Shown here in pieces: positions 37,094 to 49,633 of a DNA stretch of 64,000 bases (its first letter is position 1; each line of letters opens with the position of its first letter). Position numbers and translations under genes: made by a program. A model generated the notes under the pieces. The model was not told where the DNA came from and did no database searches. It was given only the letters and a program-made list of their open reading frames with translations. The DNA lies in NCBI GenBank assembly GCA_002633005.1, contig NMRA01000637.1:129317-193316 (forward strand). Reading direction: 5' to 3'. This DNA comes from Phoronis australis. Lineage: Eukaryota > Animalia > Phoronida.

Positions 37094-38729
37094 TATCTAA
37101 GTGGAGCCAGATTTACCCGCCTGGTAACCGTCTGGAACCATTTGCATAATGTCGAGCAACATTCTGCATGCAACAAAAGGTACTTTACAGATATTTTCAG
37201 CATCGGGGCTGTAGCATCCAGAGGTTTGGTCGATGCAGGGTGGAGTTTTTATTGGACTCCCCTAATGCCCTGATCAAATGCATATATCCTATTCAGGCCC
37301 GTGACCAGCATTGAGTGGCGGTGGTTCGAATTTCAAGAACGGTGGACCTTTGGTATTTTGCAAACGTCGGCACTGTAGACTTTTCGGTAAGGCACTTGGC
37401 GCAGCTTAATTAGGTGGAAGGGAAATTTGTATGCACAACGATGACTCTCAGCTCTATGTTCATGAGATGAGACGGAATTTGTAATACCAGAAATGAGGAT
37501 GCTGCGACGGTTGCTTGCAAAGAACGGGACACAAGTTAGGACGTAATGTGGTCCATAAAGAGAACATTCTCGCATTATCTCCTGCCAAAGTTTCAAATCA
37601 GCCATGCTTACATGAGTGATTACACCTCATTGAATACTAAAAAGAAAATATGAAGTTTAGTCGGCGAATGACTTAACAAAATTGTTTATCTGGTTGTATA
37701 TTAGCGTGTTACTTAAGTTGCTTACATAACTGATAATGGGAACAGCCCACAATTTTGAAGATTCACTACTCGAAGGTTTACCACTCCGAAGATTCACTTC
37801 TCCAAAAACATCTAAACTTTCAAATTCAGACGTGACGTTTAATCTTTTCGGCATGCAACAATAAACGATATTTCGGTTATAAGATGCACCTGTACCGAAA
37901 ACAACACCCGGGCACTGAAACACTTGGTTTGGATTCCATGTAGACAATGACCACCGTCTCCTGCTGGCCAGCACAACTAGAAACAGTAGTCAGATTTCAT
38001 GTGCATGCGAAATTGCTCGCATGTCTTTCAATGAGTACGCACTTGCTTTTTGAATAGATATGAAGTAGGAATACTGGTGAATTATCAATCATGATACAAT
38101 TCATCAAATCCACGTCAAGATCGCATTGCAGCGAGACACACATGGCCGGGTCGAAACTAAATGAAGTTAGCAGGCCATCCTTTCCCTGGCAGTCGTCACG
38201 AAGTCAGGGAGTCCCATTTAGTCTTTGTAAATTGAAACTACCGTTGGTCGCTGCGGCCGTGTCCCAGATGTTGTGGGCATTCGGAGTACTGGACCTTCGG
38301 AGTATTAAACCTTCGTCATAATGACATGGAGCCTTGGAAATCTTTTCCATCAAGTTTGTAGCTCGTATGAAGTCTGCAAGGTTGTGCACCATTGACATTG
38401 ATTGACTGGAGAAAATTTTCATTGATCAAAGTTGAGGTCTATGCCTACTTTTCCATCATAACGGGAAAATGCTCAACGGTGTATTCCTTGTTCAAAAAAC
38501 ACTGTAGTTGAATGTCTGGTTTCTTAGCAACGGCGGAGGACTGCCTATAATGAACTTACCGTCAGCGTGTACTAAGAACAGAAACGTTCAAACACGTACA
38601 CGCATGCACGTCAATCCACCAATCCACAATCAAAGTGGACACTAGATGAACAGCATATTTGCATATTTGACAATCACTTTCAATTCAAAATTTGAAAATG
38701 CCGACACTTCTACCGTACTATGCTTGCAT

Positions 38730-39290
38730 TTGATCCAGCTCAACTCAGGTACTTGGGCGTGTCTGGCGAGGTTCACTCACCACTAGATTTGTATGACAGA
38801 ATTTATTCTTGATACCTGGGCTTCCGGAAAATATTTTGCAACTGGTTTCATGCAGTTACCTCTTGGGTTGATCGAGCTCAACTCAGATATTTGGGCGTGT
38901 TTGGCGGGGCTATTCCACCACTAGATGTGTCTGGCAGTGTTTATTCGTGGTACCTGGGCTTACGGTGAATAATTTGCAACTGGTTTTACGCGGTTACCTC
39001 TTGGGTTATTCTGGACCAATTTCTAATCCTTCTTGATAATCTTCTGGCAGGGCCACCCCAGTACTGAAATTGTCAGGCATCTAACTGTGGTGCCATGTAA
39101 AGTGATGCTGAACCTCGTGCAATTTGTTTCAAACGGTTACCTAGTGGGTTGATCTCGCTCAACTCGGGTATTTGGTCGGGTCTTGCAGGGCTAACACACC
39201 ACTAGATTTGTCTAGCCGTGTTCATTCGTGATAGCTTGGCTCACGGTGAGCATTTTGCAACTAGTTTCATGCGGTTACCATTTGGATTGA
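38730..39290. repeat. ~138-bp subterminal repeats of the Academ element
   Basis: TTGATC..GCTCAACTC..CACCACTAGAT..TTTGCAACTGGTTTCATGC.GTTACC at ~38730, ~38868 and ~39149; inverted copy at ~32740-32880. Confidence 0.85.
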
Positions 39291-42200
39291 TGTAGCTCAA
39301 TTTTTTACGTTGTTTATAACCGTCTGAAATTGTCTGACAGTGACCAATTTTGATACAGAGGATTACGCAGTAGGTATTGAAGGCAGTTTGAAGTGGTTAC
39401 CAGAACAGTTGATCTAGCTCAATTTTTGAGTGTCATTCTCTTGGCTCCCTGACCACACCCACCAGAGTGCCAGACGGCCGATTCCAAGCATCAGGATATC
39501 CATAAAGCACTGTGACACCAAAGAAAATTGGTTACCTTTTGATGCCCAAAAAAGCTTTGGGATCCCGGTCTATTACCCGCTAAAGTTATTATTTGCCTTG
39601 ATCAGGAGTACATGTACATGTATGTTCCATAAGCGTGACTTTAATTGTTGAAAAAGGTTTAGTCAAGTAGTTATGAGTTCATCACAGTCTAGAAGTAATT
39701 TGTAAAAGTTACCTCATTATAGGTACACATGAATGGCAAAAAAGGCTAATAGTTTCAATGGCTAAAACACTTGCTAAAACGTAAGCCCTTTAGCCAGATG
39801 AACGAGTTTTCCGCGTAGGAATGACGGGGTGATTTCTCCAAGAGTTAGTTTGTTTCCTTACCACCAGAGTCGCTTCTTGATTGAAAATTGATGTCAAAAC
39901 ACGTTCAATCTCCGCGCATGTGTACTTTGAAGTCAGTGGTCTGTCTACACTGCTAGAGAGAACGCCTGTGGTTTTGTCAAAAATATTATAGTTACACCAG
40001 TTTCGTTAGTTTTGGTATCTCAAACATCCAACAAAGCGCTAGCAAAAGTGACCCTTGGGCCCGTTCGTCTGAGTGACGGTATACTGGTAGCAAAAGTACT
40101 ACCGAACACAACAACACATGTGTCAGTGAAACTGCTTCACTCATGTAAACCCATCAGAAATAATGTACTTTTGTTAAAGTGAGATTTAAAATTATTTTCC
40201 GAAATAGTTAGTGAAATGTAAGATTAAATTGCTGACTGAAGACTTATTAAGTGACTTTTCATAAAATAGACCCCTGAGGTATGAAATGACATAACCAAGT
40301 TTGTTCAAACTCTACTTTGTTAACATATTACCGCCAATTATCAATTATCCTTTTGAACCAGAATCAATTCATAACTGCAGCTTATAACTGATAAAATGAA
40401 AACAAAAACAAAAACAAAGCAAGTGTTCATATATTGTCAATGTTTGCTGGGGATACCGTGAAAATACAATTGAACTCATTTTGCTCTCAACAACAAGTGT
40501 CGGTTGTGTCCTTGAATGCCGTCGTGATCCTGTGAATACCAATATTGATGAAGTATTGAACAATGAAAGTTGTTATATTGTATAATGCATGCCTAGAGTT
40601 CAATTATAGCACGGTGTCTTCAATAAATATTAGACGGTACACATGTCTAAGAATGTGATTCGGTTCGTTCCATTTTAAGAGGATTGTCGACTTAATTCTT
40701 GCTTGTCAAATCACTTCATTTTTTTTAAATAAAAGACATTTTGACTTCTAGTATTTGAGAAAAGCGAATTGATTTGACAAATTTACCATTTGCAACAATA
40801 TTTGCAAAACAATTGCTAGGTATGATGAGATTCCGGCTAACGAAAGATCTCTAAGATTTTATATGTTCAGCATATGTATAATACTCCTCAAAAATAAAAA
40901 TAAGTCGTAATTTTACGAGAAAATTACCGCCAAATATTGGAGGTATGAATGAAAAGAACATTAATGGGCATTGCCGAATCAATATCGAAATCGGTCACTT
41001 CCGCATCGTGATTCGATTATATTTCGACTAGTCAACCCTCCTTTACAATATATGTCCACGTATGCGTGATCCCGTGAACACGAATATTGATCGACACTGC
41101 CGTAGCAAGTTTTTATCGTTGTACAAACATGAAATTGTTGGCAACCGGGAAGTTTTGAAATGAGTAGCAACCCTTGGGCACGATGGAATGAACGGCGCGG
41201 GGGGAAACAAAGTCAAAATTGAAGTGATCTTAGACCACTTAGAGAGTTTTTTTGCAATGAACTGGTGGACATGACCCATTGCATTGACATGTCATGAACT
41301 GGATATTTCAGAGTGCAGATTTTGTGTTTTTTCAAATAATTTGGTGAATTTCGTCGGTGCAGCAGCCGTGAGAGGTTTAAGTAACACTGTTAGCGATAAA
41401 TGTGGTCTTTTGAGATCAGCCTCAAGGCAAATTCAAACTCACTACCGCAGCAGTCGTAGTGTGGCGCTTTGCTAGCAGAGATCAAACCTACTCAATAGCA
41501 TCGCATCTAAAGCTTTACAGTATTTTAAAAAGTGACATAGTCGGCTACAATGAAATACAAACAAGACGTATAATGCTGAACAGAAATACCTCAGCCAACA
41601 CTCCGGCAGTTGATAGGTTCGCTCTTATAAAAAATAATTTGATTTTTGACGAGAATGTGTTTTCGCAAAAAAATGAAAGTTCAATAACCCTTGACTTCCC
41701 TTGTATTGAAACACGTGAACTTTGGGTGTCGTGTTACTCGCCCACTCACTTTAGCTGGAAAATTTTAGTGTGCCTGCCTTATGTTCAGCAACGCAGAACT
41801 CATGCTATAGTTAACCCCAAAAATTGCATATTTTTAAGTAAGCCGCTATAATTATCAGGTTATCGGGTGTTCAAAGCGAATTTGCCAAGTGGCCGAGACC
41901 ATTCGAAAGTTTTCGAGACTCAGCGAAGGATTTAATATGGCTTTTCGAGTCATTGGGATTTCTAATGTTATTTGTCGATGCTTTCCATTTTTCACTTTTC
42001 ACCTTCCAAAACTAAAGAAGTATTACTGCTTTGCTGTGAGCTGCGACCTCAATGGCAAAAAGCTGGATAAACTTCAGAAGTATTTTCCAAGATAATTCCT
42101 AGAATTAGCTCGACATTTCTAACTGAAACAAGGCCAATGAAATAATGCGTTTTCCTACCTCCAAGACAAACGAGATTACAATCCTAGACCGAGCTATTGT

Positions 42201-45200
42201 TTTTAATTTCCTCACGGACAAATTCATTCTTTCCGCTATTGGTGAATGTTACACAAATAAATTACGCGATCATTGTTAAAGGTGCAAACTATTTCTTAAC
42301 GTCATTTAAGTATTAACTGTGTAAGCACGTAAGAAAATAATATTCGTGCTTTAATTAACAACGCAAATAAACTTTTAAGCTATTGAGAATTCATTTACAC
42401 GTACGTACCTACATTTTAACTTACTGTCTGAGAAACTCAGCAGATACTATGATCATGAGTTCAATTAAACCCAATGAGCTCATCTTTGCAACAACTATTA
42501 CGTCAGAGAAGTTCAAAAATAGGCCCATCATGGGCGAATATTAGAAAAACGACATATCAGAAACGTGAAACGAAACCGAATAATACGCCCCGGCGGTTAA
42601 TTACTGACAAAGTCGCGCAATATCTCGTTGAATGATAGTCGTTTGAGTGAAATAGCCATCTCAAAATATAATGTCTTGTCAAAATAAATAAAATTTTTCA
42701 TTATTTAAAGCATTTTACATACGTATTTCAGAGCAATCCGTCAGATTTTCAAAACAGGCCAACATACTTGTACTGGGCCAGGTTACTCTTACTTAGAATG
42801 CAGTGTTGGCAAAATTGTGATTTTTGCTTTCTGATGTTGTATTGTAAAAAGCAAAATGCAGCAATTGTGAAATTATCAAACAACAAACATGTACAGAACA
42901 TTTTTGTGATATTTCTGTATTTCAAAATTTACACTAGGCTTGATTAACTGACATCTAGGAGCAGGATTTGATTGGCTGATTAACTGTGTTCCGCAACGAA
43001 ACATTCATATAACTTGAAACGTATTAACCTGTAGTGGTAACATTTCTTAACAAATGTCCACAAGTTTAGTAAGTATGACACACCCACCGGTGGCACATGC
43101 ACGTGCAGTAAACCCAACTGCCTCACTTGCCAGCACATTCTAAATGAGGTTGAAATTCAACACCCTAGTGGCAAAAACATGGTCAGACGCGAATTTAGGT
43201 GCAAGTCGTCTGGCACTATATGCGTTATTCGTTGCACTCTCTGTCTCCGTGCCTGGCACATAAATAAGACCGGTTGTCCTCTCAACACACGTCTCACTGG
43301 ACACCATAAATTCATCCTCCACGGTTTCTCCTTTCCTGTTGCGGATTTTCACGTTTACACGTACGTCCATAGCAGCGATAACCTCACAGTATGTATAGTT
43401 ATGCGGAATCTTGACAACACCCACGACAACAGATCCAAAGAAATCTCAATGTTTTTGTTTTTTAAAATCAACAGGAACGTCGGTCTTAATATAAACATGG
43501 ACCACACGAGCAATTACTCTACATTTAACCATTCCCAGTTCCTGTCTTTCAGTTTCTCTCGTCCCACCCCTTTGTAGTCAATCTCCACAGGATGGTGTGC
43601 AAAAGCCCTTCGCGTCACTTGCGTTCATACCTCACGAACAGCCTTACTCATAAGACTCAAAAGCTGGTGTTTTTAGCAAATGTTTTGACCGGATTTTGAA
43701 CTAAATTTTTTTACCCGTTTCTACATTGTCTAGTTTTATCCGGTCTCGATATATACATGTATGTACGTTATTTTAACTGTAATTGGAGCTGCTTGCAAGA
43801 GGGGAGTCCACTGCTTTTTGGAAACGTGTTACTTATCAATTACAATTTGAGGTAGGAAACTCAATAGAGGATTTACTGAAACACTGAGAACTTCGAGTCT
43901 TGACCGGCACATTTAATGGACAAACGACCACGACTACGGACTTGTATACTGGCACAGGTGTATCCAATTTATAGGTGTTTCACATATCAGGCCTGCAATA
44001 TGAACAATACTTTTCGTGGTTTCGTAACGAAAAAGATTTAGTTGTAGCCCTTTCTTGACACTTCGAAAATTGTCAAGTTCGTGTATATGTACCGTAGTAA
44101 GGGCACATACAGCCAGTGGCTTTCAGCTCGACTTCGGAAAACTATTCATTGCCTTAATATTGGCATATAGTCTAATCAGAGTTTGCGTATTTTGCTAGTT
44201 TGGTATATTAAATATATTAGTCCAAGTTGTGCTTAGTTGATGTCGAATACGCTCAGCTGACTGGAAATTATGCAGTGCGTCATCTTAAACATAACGTTGA
44301 TTTGCATATGAACCATACTGTCACCGTCTTTTCAGTGGCTGGCGCCTTTGAAGTCACTGACATCAACGTAATTAACGATGTAATTTCCTTTAATTTCAGC
44401 AGTTTAGAACAATATTATCAACCGGAAAACCTCACTAAAATGGAAAGTTTCCTAAATTAAGACCAACCTATTTGTGTTACTTGAACTGATTTAATTACAT
44501 CATTGTTTCTGAATGCATAATGAATGAAGTTCAAAATGATTTATTATTGTGCATGAAATCAAATAAAATAGTTCTTCAATGTTCATGTCATGTTCATAGG
44601 AATCATTTGAGAATCAAATGTGACTAAATTGGTTTGTGCAAAAGTTGAGTTTATGGAGATTTTAACTACAATGAAGAAAAATATCTTTAGACATTTTGAA
44701 AACGTCGCTATTTAGTTTGCGTTTAGGAACTACAATGACTTCATTTACACAGTAACACCATCATTGTAGTCTTGTTCTTTTTAACTGAATTCAAATTGAA
44801 AGACGGTCATACTGTATTGGCGGCTGAACTTAACTCAGTCCCCGTGAAAACCAAACTTCGTGAGAATGTTGTCTAACAACAACGAATGATCAGTTGTTTT
44901 CAAGTCTAGAAATGATTTATATTCTGAGAAATGAAGAATTCAACAACAATTTCATAACGTTTAAGTGGCTTAAATAATGTTTGAGGAAAGGCGCAGGTGT
45001 TGTCCATTTGAAGACGAATTCAAAACCTGCCATGGATTTGCACGGCACTTTCAAATAACAGTGCAATTTAAAAACTACTATTTCCAGTAACTGTCAAAGA
45101 CGTTTTAGTAATGCGTTTCCAAAGAGCAATATATTTAAGCCGCCGGAACATTTACTCATCAAAACGAGTCAAATAACGACGTGTAACAAACTAATTGTAT

Positions 45201-45496
45201 TGATTGTATTAAGTGATCAGTTACAAACACAAACAACATTTATCACTAATCAAAGGTCAAACCTAATTATTACAACTAAAAGCGCTTCTTTCACACAATA
45301 TGTATACAGTAACGGTTTATAGAATACGCTCAGTCGAGAAAAATAAACTAAACACATAAAAATAGATGCACACATAAAAGTCAGAGGACATTTTGAGATA
45401 TCTGACATAACTGGTAATAACAAAAGCATAGTTATGATACATAATTAAATGTACATAAATGATGTAATTACACGCGCTACTCTGCTCTGTACAACA

Positions 45497-47455
45497 TTAT
45501 TCCTTCAAGTACTGAAATGTCTTCACCACACCTGTACCCCACTCCACTACAGACACCTGACCCGGGGCCGGGAGACATATACCAGTTGGACGCTGGACAC
45601 CACCAGGGGGCACAATCACGTGTGCACGTGCGTTGTTGTATAAAATCACCTGATGATTGTCACAGTCTGCCACCAGAATGTGACCGTGTGAGTCTACACA
45701 CACACCTTGCGGCCTGTTACTCAGTTGATCGGTCAGTGTGGATACAACGGCCGGCCGCGTGTGGTCAATCACATGGACACGACCGGGATTCCACTCACCG
45801 ACCACCAACTGACCACAGTTATCCATGCACACATATTGTGGTGTGAACTTATCCAGTCCCAGGATGGGACCGTCCAACTGTTGGTGAATATTACAGTCAT
45901 AATCTGTAATAATCACCCGCCCCCCATCTGTATCACACACAAACAGCCTGTCGCCGTGACATGAAACATACCCATCACCTTTATACACATCAGGACACAC
46001 CTTCACCACCTCACCGCGGGCATTGTACCTAACAACACCCTTAATGCCGCAGTCGGTGATGAAGATGTCTCCATCATCGCTACATGTCACATCGACCGGC
46101 CTCTGCAGTTTGTGACGAGTTTGTTGTAACTCAAACTTTAGTTTAAACTCGTGCTTATCAAACACTCTCACTGTTTCGTTCTCCAAGTCTGTTACAACAA
46201 ACCCCGCATCACAAACTGCCAGTCCACAACACGCAGGCCCCCTCTCCCCCTCACCCAGGCTGGTAAAACTACCCACACTACCCGCAGGTTCTTTAACAGT
46301 CAGTGGTGGAGTGACAGGTTGAACGAGTGATTTGGATGAAAGTTGTGAGAATTTTGTAGTGGTTTCTTGTGATTCTACAGTAAACCCTACGTCAACATAC
46401 GAGTCCGCTACTAACAATTCAGACGGTGTAAAACCGAACACTGGCTTTTCAACGCCATGTTGTAACTGATTCACATCTAATGATGCAAGGGTGTCCGCCA
46501 TGGTGGTGAACTGTTGAGTTGTTTCTGAAGGATGTGAACTTTCAATGAGTTGCTTAGCGTATCTCAATGTACTCATCAGAGACTGTCGACTTTGTTCAGC
46601 CGCCTCGTAAGCGGCTTGAGTTTGTTTTTGGGCCAAGAGGAACTGTTCGTTAAGTTTAGTGATCGCTTCACCTTTCTTTATTTCAACCCTGTCCTTGAAG
46701 TCATCATAAATCTTGCAGAGTTCGTCAAGCTTTTGAGCTAACATGACTTGAGTTAGCTCTTCGCGAACATTTCTGCGAGCGTCTGCCACAATCTGTGCAT
46801 GATCGACTGCGTCTACCCAGGGCTCAATCAAACCTTGGAGCACCTCGACTGCTTCCTTTGCCGCCTCGTCAAGGTTTTTCATTTTGTGTTGATCGTGGTC
46901 TAGCTTTGTACATAACATACATACGGGTATCTTGCAGTTTTCACAATAAATTTCCAGCAACTTGTCCGTGTGTTTTAAACAATACGTCTTCTGACATCGA
47001 CGCATTGTTTCAAAATGAACGCCAGCAGCGACTTCATCCAAACTGACCACTTTGTGGGTTAAAGTGAGTCCAGTCTGACAGTGAACGGCAGCACACTTTT
47101 CACACAGGTGATGAGCGCACTGTAGACACATGGACTCTGCTTCGACAGTGGATTCGTTGTGATGACATACAAAACAGAAGACATTGCCCGTTTTTGGAAC
47201 GCAGTCATTCATGTGATACAGGAAATGATTGAAAGGGAAACCAGCAGCGCCATCTTTAGGAATGTTTATAACTCTCTTGCACCTGGGACATGCGAACTCG
47301 CCGTTTTTTCCTTGTTTGTCCATATACGTCTGAATACATCCCTCACAAAATGTATGTACACATGGGAGCAGGCGGGGAGTCTTCTGACGCTCCAAACAAA
47401 TGGGGCATTCCAGCATGCGCCGCATTTCCTCTGCATCTTTGGAGCTGATGGCCAT
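45497..47455 (-). CDS. TRIM-NHL E3 ubiquitin ligase copy 3, 652 aa, intronless CDS
   Basis: Same domain architecture and length as copy 1; about 37 aa differences, mostly in the NHL domain. Confidence 0.95.
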   Translation of the reverse strand: MAISSKDAEEMRRMLECPICLERQKTPRLLPCVHTFCEGCIQTYMDKQGKNGEFACPRCKRVINIPKDGAAGFPFNHFLYHMNDCVPKTGNVFCFVCHHNESTVEAESMCLQCAHHLCEKCAAVHCQTGLTLTHKVVSLDEVAAGVHFETMRRCQKTYCLKHTDKLLEIYCENCKIPVCMLCTKLDHDQHKMKNLDEAAKEAVEVLQGLIEPWVDAVDHAQIVADARRNVREELTQVMLAQKLDELCKIYDDFKDRVEIKKGEAITKLNEQFLLAQKQTQAAYEAAEQSRQSLMSTLRYAKQLIESSHPSETTQQFTTMADTLASLDVNQLQHGVEKPVFGFTPSELLVADSYVDVGFTVESQETTTKFSQLSSKSLVQPVTPPLTVKEPAGSVGSFTSLGEGERGPACCGLAVCDAGFVVTDLENETVRVFDKHEFKLKFELQQTRHKLQRPVDVTCSDDGDIFITDCGIKGVVRYNARGEVVKVCPDVYKGDGYVSCHGDRLFVCDTDGGRVIITDYDCNIHQQLDGPILGLDKFTPQYVCMDNCGQLVVGEWNPGRVHVIDHTRPAVVSTLTDQLSNRPQGVCVDSHGHILVADCDNHQVILYNNARAHVIVPPGGVQRPTGICLPAPGQVSVVEWGTGVVKTFQYLKE

Positions 47456-48483
47456 ATCTGGTGGAGGGGAAAATAACTGAAAAGAACGATGAGAGTGTAC
47501 TTTAATACTCCAAATGTTGATGTTACATAATAACTCTTATTTACTTTTTCGGTATGAGTGTAACATGAACGACATATGCACGTAAGGGGCAGCATTTTTT
47601 TAAAACACGGTGTTATTATGTTTTTGAAATTCTTGAAACAAAACAGGGAAAAGTGAGTAATTCCAACTCTTGTTAGATCTTGAACTTGTCATGAGTTCAG
47701 AAATACATGACAAATTATTTCATATATAAAAATAAGATATGTCTACACACATGTCCACTATAAATAGTCTCTAATTGTGAGCACAATTTCACAAAATTCT
47801 CAATGATTTGTTTTAAACAGGATCACTCCACAGCTACTGCATTTATTGTATAAAAAATGTAAACACTCACAAAACATGTAGTGACAAAGTTTATTGAAAG
47901 ATCTACAAATTCACCTTACATTATAAAAAGAATAACTTATGATTGAGACGACTTAAATTTACAGTTGTGAAATTGGTGTTCAAATATATTTTTTAATAAA
48001 GTTTGAAGTTCGTTATTGCAGGAGAGACGAGTGGATCTACAAGTTGATAAAAGAAGCACACCATTAAAAATGACACGTGGGAGTTCTGATAAAGCGCTTT
48101 TTCTGAAGCGATTTTTGCTGCCCCGCATTGTGAAATTGATATGAATGTTTTGTTTGTTAAAGAACAATGTTAGACACAGAAGATTTTCGGTGAACGGAGG
48201 CGGAATTGTAATTTGAGTGACGACATAAACCTCTGAAACGGCTCCCCGCGAGTTAGAAATATACAAGCCCGGTTTAATTTTGTCGTATTTTTGAGTGCCA
48301 TTAAATGAATTAAGCATCCATCATTTGCCAACCTAAAATGGCATACTTAGGCGCAAACCGAATCTTTTAAGAACCACAAAATAGAAAAAAAAGTTTATGA
48401 CCCAAATTTTGTAGGAATAAGTTTTGAACTGTCAGTCGCTTTTTGTTCCCGAAAAAGTGCCAACGAGTGAAAATGCTATTGAC

Positions 48484-49633
48484 CTCACTTTGCACAAAAC
48501 AATTTGCTTATCTAGACCCCTCTACGCTTGGAGTCATTACAAGGCAGGCTAGTGGTCACATGACCACGAAACATGATTAGGGATGGCCTGTCGTCCCCAA
48601 CCGTATTTTGCATTTACAATGCACGTTTTGTTTCCATTGTTGATTGCTCAGCCAGCTACTGGCTGTCGCTAACAACTATTGTTCGCATGAAAAAAACCTG
48701 TTTTGACTACATCAACAAAACACGCTTTAATCATATCGAAACCGATACTAGGAAAACTGATGAGTCACGTCTTTGTCGGTGAGTTACTCATCAATATGTA
48801 TCACAGGATGTGGAAACGATTCTACGGCAGCGCCTTTAAGATTCCAAATACGGTCCTCTTGAACCCCAGTTCCTGACTACTAGAATTTGGACACCAGGTA
48901 CGGCCGATGGAAATTGACTCTCGGGTTTGCTGGTCTAAAAAGAATGCGAGGATCGAAGGTGGAAGTTAGAGGAGAATTCGTGGAATCGTTTTCACTCCCT
49001 GTATAAGGAATTTTGCATGAAACCTGACTGTTTTCGAGGAGTACAAATCACAAATTTGTAACCATTCACTTTTATATCTTGTGTCACTGGAAATACGCAC
49101 GCAGTGTCCAACTTTTTTGAAGATCACCAGAATCTAATAACAAAAAACGAAGAAATGTGGAATTGACATCAGTGTCAGAAAGTTCACGTATTCAGATCAC
49201 AGTCCACAATCAGAAACGATTAGCAGACAACAAGACATGTTCAATGATCATTTTAATGTCAATTGTGGATTTTCGTACGTGCATTGAACGACAGTACAAA
49301 AACCGTGTCTTTATCACAGGCGGCCTAGTAAGTACCGTCAAACTCGCAATGCCCAAAACTGACATCGCTTGCTTGATTACGAAAAAGTTGTCAAGCCAGC
49401 GATAAAATAGTTGATAAAGCAGATTTACAAACCTGGGAATAGGCAAATTTGCAGCAGCCTTGAGAAACGCATCTGCTCCGATGCAGTGCGACTGTTCGTC
49501 TGAAAAAACAACGCTAAGCGCGTCTTCAACTAGCCAATAAGCAATACCGTTTTGAGTCACGTGTGAAATAGTCGTGTTGCTTTCACCAAGGAGTCCTTGC
49601 TTTCACTGCAAGGATGTGCCCGGTTTTCCCGCG
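48484..49633 (-). promoter_or_regulatory. Putative 5' donor and promoter blocks of TRIM copy 3
   Basis: GTGAG donor at 48488; TATCGAAACCGATA..TGAGTCA at 48734-48767; CCAAT/TGAGTCACGTG/CCGGTTTTCCCGCG at 49534-49633. Confidence 0.5.

Larger units (their letters stand above)
32452..39572. mobile_element. Academ-type DNA transposon (7.1 kb, long TIRs) with a nested LINE
   Basis: TTA|TAGACCGGGATCCC ... GGGATCCCGGTCTA|TTA; ~460-bp imperfect inverted repeats (32452-32914 / 39115-39572). TAG..CTA termini and a 3-bp TSD match the Academ superfamily. No intact transposase visible. Confidence 0.8.

Noticed and set aside
41284-41851. 130-aa and 63-aa plus-strand ORFs
   Set aside because: No recognisable motif; disrupted or deleted in the duplicate block A.
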